Positions 1 through 11,175 of a stretch of 64,000 nucleotides of DNA are shown piece by piece. The DNA lies in contig LSRY02000044.1 in NCBI GenBank assembly GCA_001643675.2, positions 62,001-126,000 on the forward strand. The letters are read 5' to 3'. Every line of letters starts with the position of its first letter. Positions within the stretch are counted from its first letter, which is position 1. The position numbers and the translations under genes are program-made. This DNA is from Monocercomonoides exilis PA203. Taxonomy: Eukaryota; Protista; Preaxostyla. The notes below the pieces were generated by a model, which saw only the letters and a list, made by a program, of their open reading frames with translations, had not been told where the DNA came from and did no database searches.

Positions 1-3000
1 GCAAAAGGACATTCTCCAACAATATTAGAAGACACAATGGGGCTGCACTCAACACCTTTTATCTCTGCAAAGCATCTGTACCAGGAGGATGTATTGACTC
101 CAGCTTCAATAAGCCAAGTTATTCTGACTGTGATTCATTCAAATGCGTCTGTTTTCCTTCTTTTCAGTGAAAAGGAGATCGAATCGATTCTTTTGGAAGC
201 AAGACAGCAAAAGCTGACGCACTCATACAGTGCACAATGGATTCTCGATCAGGTTAAAGATAACATCCGCTTTTTGATTGTTGCTGAGCACACGAATGAC
301 AATTACGCAACAACAAGCTCTGAATCATTTGAAGTCTCTCGTAGAGTTGTGAAGCAGATAGACAACGCGTCTGCAAAGAAGAGAAGGCTTTTGAATCATC
401 TGGAGCTGTATCTGGCAGCTCAGCAGTCTCGCAGGCATCGCTCACACACATTGTCGAAAGCTGCTTCGCCTTTCATTGCCGGACGTCGCTCTCTTCGATT
501 TCCTGCTGAATCCGCATTTTCTGCGCAGCAAAGGAATAATTCGAGTTTTCAGAGATTGCCATTGAATTATCAGCAGCAGTTTGTTGGAGAGGTTAATGTT
601 GATGGAAAAGAGGATGAGAAGCGAAAGCAGCGTAAGATCAAAGAAATGTTTCCGTTGTATCCATCGCAGCTGTCTTCAATACAGTCAATTATTCCATACA
701 TCTTTCCTGATCTTTCTTCTTCTGTTGTATCATCAACACAGGAATTAAAAGTTAGTTCCGATGGTCAAGCTCGTTCTGTGCCTTCACCTTTGTTTCCTTC
801 ATCGTCTTCTTATTCGGCTTCAGCATTATCTCAAAGAACACGCGCAACAAACATGGCGAGCGGACAAGCCACAGGAGCAAGAGGGCGCGCACTTAATTAC
901 TTGTCACAGGAATCAGCACTTTTTGATGGAGTTAATGCTTATCAATCGAGATTATCAGCTCAACGTGCCTCATCGTTCAACAATGGCAATGCGCAATCGT
1001 ATTCAAATAGCACTTCCACTATGGATTATCGTCAACAGCGACATGCTTCAATGCCGATTGATGGATCAACAATTTTGAAACAAGCGCCAAAATTCATTCC
1101 GCCTGATCTTTCACACAGCTGTGTTTCTTTTCCAGGCCTCACCTCTTTCGATTGGATACATGAATTGTTTGTGTTTGAGAACGTTGAGCCACTCGATGAG
1201 AGCTTTTTCATTGATACTGCGAAGGAGCTTCTGATTGACACGCCTTTGCAGCGGATGGATCTTCAGTCTCTGAAAGACTCAGAGCAGCAGCTCGTGTTTG
1301 CAGCAATGACTCTGCTGAACTCTGCCTCTTCGCAGCAGAATGTGGACCCTGCTGAGTATCGTCCATACGCCTTTGCGAATCAAAATATTGAAGTTTCAGT
1401 GGCAGAAGAAGAGATTGACGACGACGAAATCGCACAGCAGCTGGCAGCAGCGGAGATTGCATCTGCACAAACCCGTCTTTTGCAGAGAGTCACAGGACAC
1501 AATGCGACTCATCCAATGTTTGCTTCTATTCCTCGCAAAGCACAGCAGCGAAGCGAGCACAATCAGATGTCTCCTTCTCCTTCCACATCGGCACTGGGAC
1601 CTCAATCGCAACATACAATGAGTACTTCTTCATTAAGAAAGGAATCATCTCAATCTCCGCTCCCATCTTCTTTGTCTTCATCATCATCGACTTCTTCTTT
1701 TTCTTCTCCAAGCGCAAATTCTCGCACTCTTCGCCCATCCTCTTCCATCGTCTTGTCCAGCACACGTTATCCTTCTGTTCGCTTTCGAAAGCGTCGTAAG
1801 TACAACAGCCATTCAAGTGGATCACCCATGAGCAGCTCAGATGGTGTGAGTGACCCCAACCAGAAGCATTCAGCCAGAAATGAGAGCCGCAAAGTGTCTG
1901 CACCAACACAGCCGCCTCGTCCGCTTGTGCGAACAGTTCCGTTTCCCGCAAGGCTTTTGCCAAGAAAGATCATCATCATCGATTCTTCGTCTGCATTTCC
2001 TTCGTCTGCTTCTTTGATTTCTGATTTTTATAACTCCACTTCCCACACGCCCAATCAGTCAGGCTCGCCTCCATTGTCGCCAGATTACTCTGGCTCTTCT
2101 GTCTTTCACACTGTCAATTCAGTTGGTAGGCTATCTTCTGCTCCTTCGAGGAGTGCGTTGCGCGGAAGAAGGTCTCAAAGTAACTTGTCGAATGGCACTC
2201 AAAGCAGGAATAAATTAACAGCTTCTTCAAGGCGCTTTCAAAGTGTTGACAAGCAATCAACTCAGAAACGCTCTGCTTCTTCATCTGGTTCAGATAAATC
2301 ACAGACTGAAACGTTAAACAGAGCCTCTTCTTCTCTTTTGCTTAAGAAAAGAGATTCTTCAGCTTCAACAGGCACTGGAAAGCAAGAATTAGTTGATTCG
2401 ACTGCTCTTCTGATGAAAGTGAAGCGTCAGCTGTCTGCCACTCAGAAGCTTCGTCCGTCTCAGCTGGATCTTTCATCAATCTCTCCGCTCTCTCCGATCA
2501 GTTCTGCGCCTTTCACACCAAAGCTTCCGTCGTATGCATCTCCAGCTGTAGAGTCCTCTGCTCTTCCAACTGCGCACGCTGATGGAGAAAGGCTGCCTCC
2601 TCTCAATAAAGATGCAGCAAAAGAACAAAAAGTTCCTAATTCGATGCCTTTGAAGATTGTTCGCAAACGGAATGATTCCAAAGAACAGATCAATAAAAAC
2701 GCTGAAAAGAACGTTGAAGCTCCTTCTGGTATAAAGAAGCAATCATCTAAAAATCTTTCAAATGAATCCTTGAAGCGATCTTCTTCCATTTCGAGCAGTC
2801 AGTCAAAGGATCTTTCACCATCATCTTCGTCTGGAAACGAGCATTCATCTTCTTCACACAGGAGAACTTCATCTGTTGGATCGACGAATGTCCCAAGCCA
2901 TCTTTCACAGAGTATAGTTGCATCATCATCACATCTTGTAGAATTATCTCCTCCACATTCAAAACAAGATGAAGGGAAAAAAGCAAACGGAACGCCATCT

Positions 3001-6000
3001 TACACCCCAAGAAAGGCCATTTCAATTGACATTCCTGTCTCATCGTTGTTGTCCTCTTCGACCATTCAGCTCGTTCCTCAAGGCGAATCTAGCACGCCTC
3101 GTTTACAGCAGTCACATCTATTTGGGAACAACGAAGCAGGAATGTCACTTCAGCTGTCGTCCACATATCCACTCACTCCTTTCACCCCTGTCACACCAAT
3201 GACTCCTTTGTCACCGTTCACTCCAACATCACCAATGAACTTCAACACTCAGTCAGAGAAGGAAATGGAAGCAGCAATTGGTGGTGAAAAGAAAGAGAGC
3301 CAAGACGAGCAAAATCAAGATGAATTGAATAGCTCACTGAAAGGGTCTGAAAATGAGAACGAAGAAACCGGAACGACGATTCAGATAACTCACCAAAGAG
3401 CCAGAAATGTTGAAAAATACGGAGTTCTCATTAAGAGAGGAGAAAAGTGGGTGCAGATGTGGGCGAAATCTTCAACAGACAATCCAAACAATATTGTGCA
3501 GTTTATTCCTTCGAACTTTGAAAACAACACTTATCGACTGAAGTTGCCCAGGCCTTTGAGAATTGTCAGAATGCTGAAATTTGCCGATCAAGAGCGGCTA
3601 TATGCTGTTCTGGCAGGAATTTACAGCATCATCCGACTGAACCATCAATACTACAACAGAAGAGACAAAAAAGTGTCAGCAGCCACTTTTGTTGGAGCAG
3701 TTATCACACCTTCGTTCTTCATTCAGTTCGTCAACCTTTCAACCGATCTGTTTGAGCAGCGCTCAAAAGCACTTAAGCAGCTTTATAAGTCTCTTCAGAA
3801 TCAAATTGCGAAACTTACAGAAATACACGTGAATGTGATGGGCAAACAGGCGCATGTGAGAGAACTGCTCGCAGTGAAAAGCGGTCTTTCTTCTGTGATG
3901 CCGTCGCTTGTGAGTGAGACGCGGGAGATTCTGTGCAACGTGGTTTCCTCTACACGGCGGGTGTGGGAGCAGGACATGCTGCTTTCCAGCATGCTCGAAA
4001 AAGTGGAAGATGACAGGATTGTCGTGGAGGCAGAGCTGATTGAGTCTCTGCCTCGCCTGCAACATGCTTCTGAGTCGCTGCATCGTGTTCAGCCTTCTCA
4101 CCTGGCGTGGCTAAGGAAGCTGAACAATCCACCAATCTTTCTGAAGCGAGTGTTTGATGTTGTGCTGATTGTTCTGAGAAGGAAGTTGAATCCAGTTACA
4201 ATCGAACTCTCTGACGGTGCTATTTCCGATAGCTACAAACACTCACTGCGCTTGTTTCAGGACATGAAGTTTATTAAGCAGCTCATTGAATATCCACCTG
4301 ATACGCTCACAGACGAGCAGGTTGAGCTGATGCAACCGTATATTCAGAACAAGCGATACAATCTGCGGTCGATTGAAAGAGTGTGTGGAGAACTTGTTGG
4401 GATATTCCATTTTATTGATGCGCTGCTGGCATATCACGAACTGAACAAAACAACAAAGCCGAAGTACCAGCTTCTCTGCAGCAACCTTCACAAATTCAAA
4501 GAAGAGCACAAAGAACTCAAATTACGTTTGCGCGATTTGGAGAAAGTGAAGAGCAAGTTCCATATGAACATGATGACGATTAACAGATTAACTGGAATTG
4601 GACTGAATGAGATGACTGGAGACGATGGAAAAGGGAAATTCTCTTTCTCTGCACAGAATTCTTCACAAAGCGCGATGATGCTTGCAGAAAGCAAGCGGAT
4701 AATGCAAATGATAACAGAATGGAGGGAGAACCTGCTGGATGTGGAAAGGAGTATAAAGACGTGCAGGGGAGATTGCATTTTAGCTGCGGCTTTTGTGTCG
4801 TTCTTTGGGTTTGTGCATATTGATAACTGGGAAAGCGTGTTGAGGCAGTTTCAAGTGCTTTTGAACGTGGCTAAGATTCCTTATGCTGGAACTGTTTCTT
4901 TGTTTGCAGATTCAATTAGCGAAGAAGAAGAAATGAGGAGAAAGAAGAGGAGGAAGGCACTAAGAATACAAATGAGAAGAGAAAAGAAAAAATCAGCAAA
5001 AAGGAGAAGAAGGGAAAACAGAAGCAATGGGTCAGAAGATGAAGATGAAGAAAAAGACGAAAGAGACGAATTTTCAAACTCATCATTTGATGTATCTTCG
5101 GAGAATGAAGAAGAGTCCACAGAAAGTTCAAGTAACATTAGTACAACATCGAGCTCAATAGAATCGTCTTCATCATCGACTGCATCAACAACAACTTCAC
5201 TTCTGCCAACAGGCAAATCTTCTGCAATGCTAAAAATCCAAAAAGCTCTGCGTGATGCAATGAAAAAATCAGCAAATGACGATATTTTGTATGGAGGATT
5301 GGATGTGAGCAGTTCTGGCAGGATGGCAATCATGTCTCCTATTGTGATGCATTATGTTTCGTTGATTCGTCCCATTTTCCGTCCCATTTGGGCAACTCTT
5401 CATGGCCCATCTTTGCTGACATCGCAGCTGATGGCAGGACTGTCGCCAGATGAGCAGTCTTTCATGTGCGCTTCTGCAGCATCTTCTGTTCAGTCAAATG
5501 TTCCAGTCATATTTGTCGACCCTCTATCTGTTGCAATGAACTATATCAGTAACAAATATAGACCTTTCTCTCCGGTTGTGTTGACAAATGTGATCAGGGC
5601 AAGCTTTGTTCAGGACTCATTGGAAGCAATGGTTAATGGATATCCTCTTCTTGTTGAATATTACGATATTATATTCCATCTGAGTACCACAAGATGCTCA
5701 AACATCTTTGGCTTTTTGGACATTTTGGCAAAAGCTTCGATAGAAAATCCCACACAATCAATAATATTTGCTGGAAAGGAATACGATGTTCATCCTGGAT
5801 TCCGTGTGTTTATATTTGTGAAGGATGAATGCGGATTGCTTCCTCACAGCACATCCTCATTGTACAACACATATTTGTATCAAAATTGCTTGCTTTTCAA
5901 CTGGGCGCCGTTTCCTCTATTCCACAATGCATTTAGCAAGCAAGTGACAAACACTTTGTTGACTCCTTTGATACTGCCTGAAATGCACAGACGCCTCATT

Positions 6001-9000
6001 CTTCATTTTCAGGCTTGCGACAATCTGATGCTGCATTTGGAAAAAGAGCACAGTGGCTTTATTAGCACTCTTCTTCAGTTACGGGCAGTTCCCAGTGTGC
6101 ATTTCTTTAATGTTTGCATGGATTTCACAGCAAAGACATCTGGCTTTGTGGCAAAGATGAATTCATTAATTCGCAGAATGAAGCAAATCGAAAAGGAAGT
6201 CGATATCTTGAATCCGCTTTCTCAGCTTGTTTGTGAAACGTTTTATGCAAACCATCGACTTATGAATATGAGCCCATCGACGATGATTCAGACGGTCAGC
6301 CTGAGACGAATAATAACGCATTTCTTTTCTCATTATTGTGTTCCAACCAGCATTCAGTTCTTTGTCTTGCTAATTGACACTATCAAATGCGTTTTACAGA
6401 CATCTCAGTCAACATCATTGAGAGAGCTCCACTGGGCGTTTGCATCTCTCCCAGTTACAGCTTCAGATTCAAGCTGGACCGATCCATTTGGATACACGCA
6501 GCTGGATCAAATAGCAAAGAACTTGGCACAATCTGCTGTTGGTGCTTCATCCACTGAAAAGTCTCACGAACGAGTGCATTCACTAATGAGAGAAATATCT
6601 CAGCGATTTCTGGATCGGATATTGCATTGCTACAATCTTGCACCACGAGGAAAAATACATGTTAACACAGAAACTACGCTATCCACTGTGATGCCTATGT
6701 TTGTAACATTGTATATGTCAATTTTTGAAATGGGCATAATGACAAAGGAGCAGAGATTGGCTGCTAAAGCCCTAAAAAGAAAGAAGAAAAGCATACAAAA
6801 AGGAGGGTTAGTCATTGAAGATGAGGCACGCAACGTTTCTCAATCTAATCCGCTTCTCTCAGACTTCTCAGCTGAAGGAGCACTTGCAAAATTGGAACAG
6901 TTGTCTAATATCAACATCTCAATAGTTGAGCCAGAAGAGAATGAAAAGAGAATTTCTATTCCGACTTGCTTAAGAGCAGATCTTCAGCGCATTGAAGAAT
7001 CTCAAAAGGCTGAACCACGATGGCTTTCACTTTTAGCTGATGCTCCTCTTCTTGTTGGTCCAAGTGATGAAGAGAAATTACATCCATATGAATCTCCTGT
7101 TTGGGATCGTATTTTAAGTATTGACTGGTCGAAAACAAGTTGGGATCCAAAAGTTCTTTGGTACGTAATTCAAACTCTCGATAAAATGCTGTCGTTTGAT
7201 GCATTCTTTATGACAACGTTGGAGCAATCATCTCAGTACACCAGTGATCGCAGCAGTAGCAACAGCACAGAAGATTCTCTTAGTGCTTCGTTTCTGAGCA
7301 ATCCAGAAATGTGGGCTACTTGGCTGAGTTCAAAAACGATGGAGGAAGAGCCTATTCCCTGTTCTTTCAATCGTCTGATAGCACCCATTCAGCGGCTCAT
7401 CATCATCCGATATCTCGCTCCACACAGAAGCTTCAATGCTCTTTCCCTTTTTGTTGCTGGATTCTTTGGACATGCACTGCCAATCATTCAGCCTGTTGAT
7501 CTTCTGTTAAGAAATTCCATCGGCTCATTTACACCGCATATGATCACATTCATATTTTCACCTCCTTCGCTTTTCCATGTCTTTCCGTACATTAGCTTTT
7601 CACAGTCTCTTTCTTCGTCAACTTCTTCAGTTGTGAAAAGGGGATTCCATGGCGATCAGAGGCTGAAGAAATGTAGTCAGCAGACATTTGAGATGATTGA
7701 AGCAATTGTTCAATCCATTCGCAATGCAACGGATGCATCTTCATCAAGTTCGGCTAATCAATCAGTGAAGACTCAAGCAATTTTGTTCAATATCACATAT
7801 CCTTCTGTTAAAATGCTGTCCTTAGAAGAGCAGCCTGATGTTCTGAATGATATACGCACAACTCTTTCTGCGGATCTTCCTGCGATTGTTTGTCTGAACT
7901 TACCACAACTAACAAGCAACGATGAAACATACATCTTGGAAACACTTGGTCCTCTTTCACTTCCATATCATGTTACGCTATTTCCTGGAATCTCGAAGGC
8001 TGTATTTAACAGAAAATATCTCAGTACTTCCGCAATATCTACCAAATTAACTCACTCAAACTTCATTCCATTCAATGTTTTGTTGTATCAAAATGACCTA
8101 ACAGTAAGCAAAAATAAAAAGCAAAAATTAATTCCAAATGAAACACAAGACCGAATTGCCATGGATGGAGGTGCTGATTTACCAGAAGCATTGTCGGTTC
8201 CTAGTTTTACTCCTGTTTCTGATTCTTTTTCGGCTAATTTGCGTAACAAATTGATTAGCTTCTCTCATCCTTCAACGTCTGTGTATTCCCGTTCTTTTCC
8301 TTTCAACTTCTCCGCTTTCTTCTCAAAAGTGAATGATCCTTCTTTTATTTTGCTTTCTCCACTGCTGATACATCTGAAGCCATCTGCTCCTGTGGAAGAA
8401 CTGTCAGAGCAAGTTGGAGAAGGAATTGCTCTTCGACCTGCTTTGCAAGCAGATGCCATTCATCGACCTGTCATTGTTGAGCCACTCTCAGTTGATCAAA
8501 ATCATCAATCTCAACAATTGTTGGCACAAGAGCAGCTGAATCAAAATAGAAATGAATCAATATATAGCGAAAATAGTGTTGGCGTCAATGATCAAAAGAC
8601 AAAAACACAAGCTCAAAACAGACAAAGTGATGAAGATCAGAGCAACCATAGCGTTCTGATTCCACCTTCAGAACATCTCTCAAGCAGCATTGGATCATCG
8701 GAGCATGAAACGAATTCAGAAATTGAAATAAGAAGCAGAAAAAGCCGCCACAACGCCGTGGAGGAATTGTCAAAACTGCTCAAAAAAGAAAGAGAAGCAC
8801 TTGTACTTATGCATCCACTTCTTTCCGAAAAGCAGTACGCACAATCGCAGTTTTTCGTTTATGGAATTCATGATCGTTCATCGGTGGTTGAGCCTTTGTT
8901 CTTGACAAAAGCGCAAGTATCTCAGCTTGAGTCAGTTGTTCGGTACAGTCCGTATCAACCTGCACTTTCAACAACAACCAAATTAGGCACTCCCTCTTCT

Positions 9001-11175
9001 CTTTCACTAGCAGAATATCCAATAATTCCACCTCCAAATCTCTTTTCATCACATATTGTGCTGACTTCTCCTGGAACTGTGCAGCCAATTCCTTATTCTT
9101 TTTCGACTATGCTTCCGCTCGATGTGCTCGGTACACAGTTCGATTTTGGATTCTCCGATATGCTGCAGCGGCTTGTTTCGTGGATTCCTCCTGAGCAACT
9201 GAGCCATTCTGTATGTTCCATTTGGAATCGATTGCTGTTTTCTCTCTGTTTTGTTTTTGCACTTATCCGAATGCGATCGATTCTCATCGCTCATTTTGCG
9301 CGTGCTATAACTCATCCAAGGCAAGCACCTGTGCAGCACAGCGACATGCTTGTGACAACTCTGCTGGATCCAAATGAATTTGGGCAGCCTGTTCTGCTAA
9401 AACTGATTTCTGTAATACGTGAAACAGTTGATCTGTGGGTGGATGCAGATGGGAAGGAAATAAGGCCAACAACTTCTCATGACTTCCTTAACATGCGCAT
9501 TACGCTGTTCATAACACTCTTTTCACAGGTTAGTACAAATAAGCAGGAAGCCTTTTTCCTTCTTTTGTATCTCCTCAGATATTTCTCTATTCATATGTTG
9601 AGCCAGTCTTTTGATTTCTTTGGTTTTGCTCCAATCAAAGATATGTCTGATCTTATTGTGTTTGATTTGTCTGGCTCGCCTCTTGTTTCTCCTACTCCAT
9701 CAACACCTCCATTCACATTTTGCTATCAACACGAATCTTCTGGCAACTGCCTCGACCAGACGCGACTTCTTAATGATCTGAAGCAACGCTGCACAAATAG
9801 AATTCCTTTTTATCTACTTGGTCTTACGTCAAGTGTTGTAGATATCGCATGCTCTGTTCGTTCTGAAACTCTGTTTGATTCGATTAAATTCGCGTTGAAA
9901 TCCAAAAAGTATAAAACGCCCACAGATGAATATCGATACAAAATGTACGATGTATTTTTAGAAATTCTGATGGCAATTCCAAAGCCGTTTAATGTTTTGT
10001 CGGTTATGCGTTATTTATCAAAAATTCAAACTGCCAGATTCGTCCACATCCACAGTGCACTTGCCGAAGAACTCATAACGCATCAATGCACAGTCACCTC
10101 ATACACCTCTGAGATTGCGCATCGAGCCGCCTTTATTTCACATCAAACGACACATTTTGGAAGTCACATGTTTCCTTTTGGTCCTTTCATTCCTGGCTAT
10201 CTGCCAGAAGCTGATTTTTCACTATTCCCTTTTCCAAGTTATCTGTCCTTATCTAAAGAAGATATTTTAACTTGGCTGTCGTTGTCGCATCAGTATCTTT
10301 CCAATGTGTTTACCTCTGTCTTCTCTCCTATCTGCCATTTCTCTCTTCTGTTTTCACCAAAGATGATGGCCTCCGCCATTCTCCACGAAATGAAAAAGGA
10401 AAAAGAAAAAGTAATATTTCGCACAATGAAGCGCCACAGATTCCCGCTTTTCGAATATTGCTCAATTAAGCTATCCTTTTTCCCACACAACCCACTTCTT
10501 CCACTTCCTGTTGATAAGATACCAAAGGAAGGAATATTAATCAGCGGGATTGCTCTTCATGGATTTGCTTGGGACTTTGAAGAGTGCCGCTTGATCGATT
10601 TGTGTCCTTTATGCTTCCTTCCAAAGACTGCTACTCAATATCCTATTTGTCACTTAACGTTGCATTCACCTGATTTTTCAATCGACGAAAGCAACACGCA
10701 ACGAGAGTTGATTTCTCCTGTCTTTCATCCAACTGATGTACTTCACTCCACATTCCACAATCAGGAGAACAACATACACTTAGAAATTGAAGAGCTTGTG
10801 AAATATTTGCGTCCCTCTGATAAAGATTCGCAAGACATTCAAATGGAGCACACTTACGCTGAATCTCAACTGACTTCACCAACTTCTGTTATTCCATCTA
10901 TGCAAAATTTTACTTTTCCATCTTCTTTTCCATCATATTTATCGACCAATCAAGCAATTCCAAGTTCTTATTTTTCGTTTACATCACCTGAGATTGTTCG
11001 TAGGCCAGCAACCAATAAAGTGTACAAAACTTCTGTTTATTCTTCATCTTTTAAGGATAATATTGAATTTAGCGTTCTTGTGGATATTGACACATTTGCG
11101 CAATGGGAGCTTTCTGGGTGTTACATGTATCTTGATTTCAATCGAGCAATCATGAAAAAGATGATGCAGTTTTAA
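1..11175 (+). CDS. Divergent axonemal dynein heavy chain (outer-arm gamma, DNAH5/8-like); 5'-partial, covering AAA4 C-half, stalk/MTBD, AAA5, AAA6 and C-terminal domain, with large low-complexity insertions
   Basis: Frame is open from base 1 (GCA AAA GGA...ATG at 37), so the gene starts upstream of the window. Recognisable DHC motifs occur in the expected order: WILDQVKDNIRFLIV (AAA4), FPGLTSFDW, VITPSFFIQFV, stalk/MTBD VQPSHLAWLRKLNNPPIFLKRVFDVVL...YPPDTLTDEQVELMQPY...ERVCGELVGI (DNAH5-like), GDCILAAAFVSFFG, FVDPLSVAMNYI, FAGKEYDVHPGFRVF (AAA5), IQRLIIIRYLAPHR, WNRLLFSLCFVFALIRMR, GILISGIALHGFAWD, WELSGCYM. Confidence 0.85.
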   Translation, partial: AKGHSPTILEDTMGLHSTPFISAKHLYQEDVLTPASISQVILTVIHSNASVFLLFSEKEIESILLEARQQKLTHSYSAQWILDQVKDNIRFLIVAEHTNDNYATTSSESFEVSRRVVKQIDNASAKKRRLLNHLELYLAAQQSRRHRSHTLSKAASPFIAGRRSLRFPAESAFSAQQRNNSSFQRLPLNYQQQFVGEVNVDGKEDEKRKQRKIKEMFPLYPSQLSSIQSIIPYIFPDLSSSVVSSTQELKVSSDGQARSVPSPLFPSSSSYSASALSQRTRATNMASGQATGARGRALNYLSQESALFDGVNAYQSRLSAQRASSFNNGNAQSYSNSTSTMDYRQQRHASMPIDGSTILKQAPKFIPPDLSHSCVSFPGLTSFDWIHELFVFENVEPLDESFFIDTAKELLIDTPLQRMDLQSLKDSEQQLVFAAMTLLNSASSQQNVDPAEYRPYAFANQNIEVSVAEEEIDDDEIAQQLAAAEIASAQTRLLQRVTGHNATHPMFASIPRKAQQRSEHNQMSPSPSTSALGPQSQHTMSTSSLRKESSQSPLPSSLSSSSSTSSFSSPSANSRTLRPSSSIVLSSTRYPSVRFRKRRKYNSHSSGSPMSSSDGVSDPNQKHSARNESRKVSAPTQPPRPLVRTVPFPARLLPRKIIIIDSSSAFPSSASLISDFYNSTSHTPNQSGSPPLSPDYSGSSVFHTVNSVGRLSSAPSRSALRGRRSQSNLSNGTQSRNKLTASSRRFQSVDKQSTQKRSASSSGSDKSQTETLNRASSSLLLKKRDSSASTGTGKQELVDSTALLMKVKRQLSATQKLRPSQLDLSSISPLSPISSAPFTPKLPSYASPAVESSALPTAHADGERLPPLNKDAAKEQKVPNSMPLKIVRKRNDSKEQINKNAEKNVEAPSGIKKQSSKNLSNESLKRSSSISSSQSKDLSPSSSSGNEHSSSSHRRTSSVGSTNVPSHLSQSIVASSSHLVELSPPHSKQDEGKKANGTPSYTPRKAISIDIPVSSLLSSSTIQLVPQGESSTPRLQQSHLFGNNEAGMSLQLSSTYPLTPFTPVTPMTPLSPFTPTSPMNFNTQSEKEMEAAIGGEKKESQDEQNQDELNSSLKGSENENEETGTTIQITHQRARNVEKYGVLIKRGEKWVQMWAKSSTDNPNNIVQFIPSNFENNTYRLKLPRPLRIVRMLKFADQERLYAVLAGIYSIIRLNHQYYNRRDKKVSAATFVGAVITPSFFIQFVNLSTDLFEQRSKALKQLYKSLQNQIAKLTEIHVNVMGKQAHVRELLAVKSGLSSVMPSLVSETREILCNVVSSTRRVWEQDMLLSSMLEKVEDDRIVVEAELIESLPRLQHASESLHRVQPSHLAWLRKLNNPPIFLKRVFDVVLIVLRRKLNPVTIELSDGAISDSYKHSLRLFQDMKFIKQLIEYPPDTLTDEQVELMQPYIQNKRYNLRSIERVCGELVGIFHFIDALLAYHELNKTTKPKYQLLCSNLHKFKEEHKELKLRLRDLEKVKSKFHMNMMTINRLTGIGLNEMTGDDGKGKFSFSAQNSSQSAMMLAESKRIMQMITEWRENLLDVERSIKTCRGDCILAAAFVSFFGFVHIDNWESVLRQFQVLLNVAKIPYAGTVSLFADSISEEEEMRRKKRRKALRIQMRREKKKSAKRRRRENRSNGSEDEDEEKDERDEFSNSSFDVSSENEEESTESSSNISTTSSSIESSSSSTASTTTSLLPTGKSSAMLKIQKALRDAMKKSANDDILYGGLDVSSSGRMAIMSPIVMHYVSLIRPIFRPIWATLHGPSLLTSQLMAGLSPDEQSFMCASAASSVQSNVPVIFVDPLSVAMNYISNKYRPFSPVVLTNVIRASFVQDSLEAMVNGYPLLVEYYDIIFHLSTTRCSNIFGFLDILAKASIENPTQSIIFAGKEYDVHPGFRVFIFVKDECGLLPHSTSSLYNTYLYQNCLLFNWAPFPLFHNAFSKQVTNTLLTPLILPEMHRRLILHFQACDNLMLHLEKEHSGFISTLLQLRAVPSVHFFNVCMDFTAKTSGFVAKMNSLIRRMKQIEKEVDILNPLSQLVCETFYANHRLMNMSPSTMIQTVSLRRIITHFFSHYCVPTSIQFFVLLIDTIKCVLQTSQSTSLRELHWAFASLPVTASDSSWTDPFGYTQLDQIAKNLAQSAVGASSTEKSHERVHSLMREISQRFLDRILHCYNLAPRGKIHVNTETTLSTVMPMFVTLYMSIFEMGIMTKEQRLAAKALKRKKKSIQKGGLVIEDEARNVSQSNPLLSDFSAEGALAKLEQLSNINISIVEPEENEKRISIPTCLRADLQRIEESQKAEPRWLSLLADAPLLVGPSDEEKLHPYESPVWDRILSIDWSKTSWDPKVLWYVIQTLDKMLSFDAFFMTTLEQSSQYTSDRSSSNSTEDSLSASFLSNPEMWATWLSSKTMEEEPIPCSFNRLIAPIQRLIIIRYLAPHRSFNALSLFVAGFFGHALPIIQPVDLLLRNSIGSFTPHMITFIFSPPSLFHVFPYISFSQSLSSSTSSVVKRGFHGDQRLKKCSQQTFEMIEAIVQSIRNATDASSSSSANQSVKTQAILFNITYPSVKMLSLEEQPDVLNDIRTTLSADLPAIVCLNLPQLTSNDETYILETLGPLSLPYHVTLFPGISKAVFNRKYLSTSAISTKLTHSNFIPFNVLLYQNDLTVSKNKKQKLIPNETQDRIAMDGGADLPEALSVPSFTPVSDSFSANLRNKLISFSHPSTSVYSRSFPFNFSAFFSKVNDPSFILLSPLLIHLKPSAPVEELSEQVGEGIALRPALQADAIHRPVIVEPLSVDQNHQSQQLLAQEQLNQNRNESIYSENSVGVNDQKTKTQAQNRQSDEDQSNHSVLIPPSEHLSSSIGSSEHETNSEIEIRSRKSRHNAVEELSKLLKKEREALVLMHPLLSEKQYAQSQFFVYGIHDRSSVVEPLFLTKAQVSQLESVVRYSPYQPALSTTTKLGTPSSLSLAEYPIIPPPNLFSSHIVLTSPGTVQPIPYSFSTMLPLDVLGTQFDFGFSDMLQRLVSWIPPEQLSHSVCSIWNRLLFSLCFVFALIRMRSILIAHFARAITHPRQAPVQHSDMLVTTLLDPNEFGQPVLLKLISVIRETVDLWVDADGKEIRPTTSHDFLNMRITLFITLFSQVSTNKQEAFFLLLYLLRYFSIHMLSQSFDFFGFAPIKDMSDLIVFDLSGSPLVSPTPSTPPFTFCYQHESSGNCLDQTRLLNDLKQRCTNRIPFYLLGLTSSVVDIACSVRSETLFDSIKFALKSKKYKTPTDEYRYKMYDVFLEILMAIPKPFNVLSVMRYLSKIQTARFVHIHSALAEELITHQCTVTSYTSEIAHRAAFISHQTTHFGSHMFPFGPFIPGYLPEADFSLFPFPSYLSLSKEDILTWLSLSHQYLSNVFTSVFSPICHFSLLFSPKMMASAILHEMKKEKEKVIFRTMKRHRFPLFEYCSIKLSFFPHNPLLPLPVDKIPKEGILISGIALHGFAWDFEECRLIDLCPLCFLPKTATQYPICHLTLHSPDFSIDESNTQRELISPVFHPTDVLHSTFHNQENNIHLEIEELVKYLRPSDKDSQDIQMEHTYAESQLTSPTSVIPSMQNFTFPSSFPSYLSTNQAIPSSYFSFTSPEIVRRPATNKVYKTSVYSSSFKDNIEFSVLVDIDTFAQWELSGCYMYLDFNRAIMKKMMQF

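Noticed and set aside
254-10882. Many short ORFs antisense to or overlapping the dynein, PPDK, receptor and USP genes (e.g. 33175-34476 minus, 433 aa; 43016-43990 minus)
   Set aside because: These are shadow frames of long, biased or low-complexity coding sequence, with no recognisable motifs.
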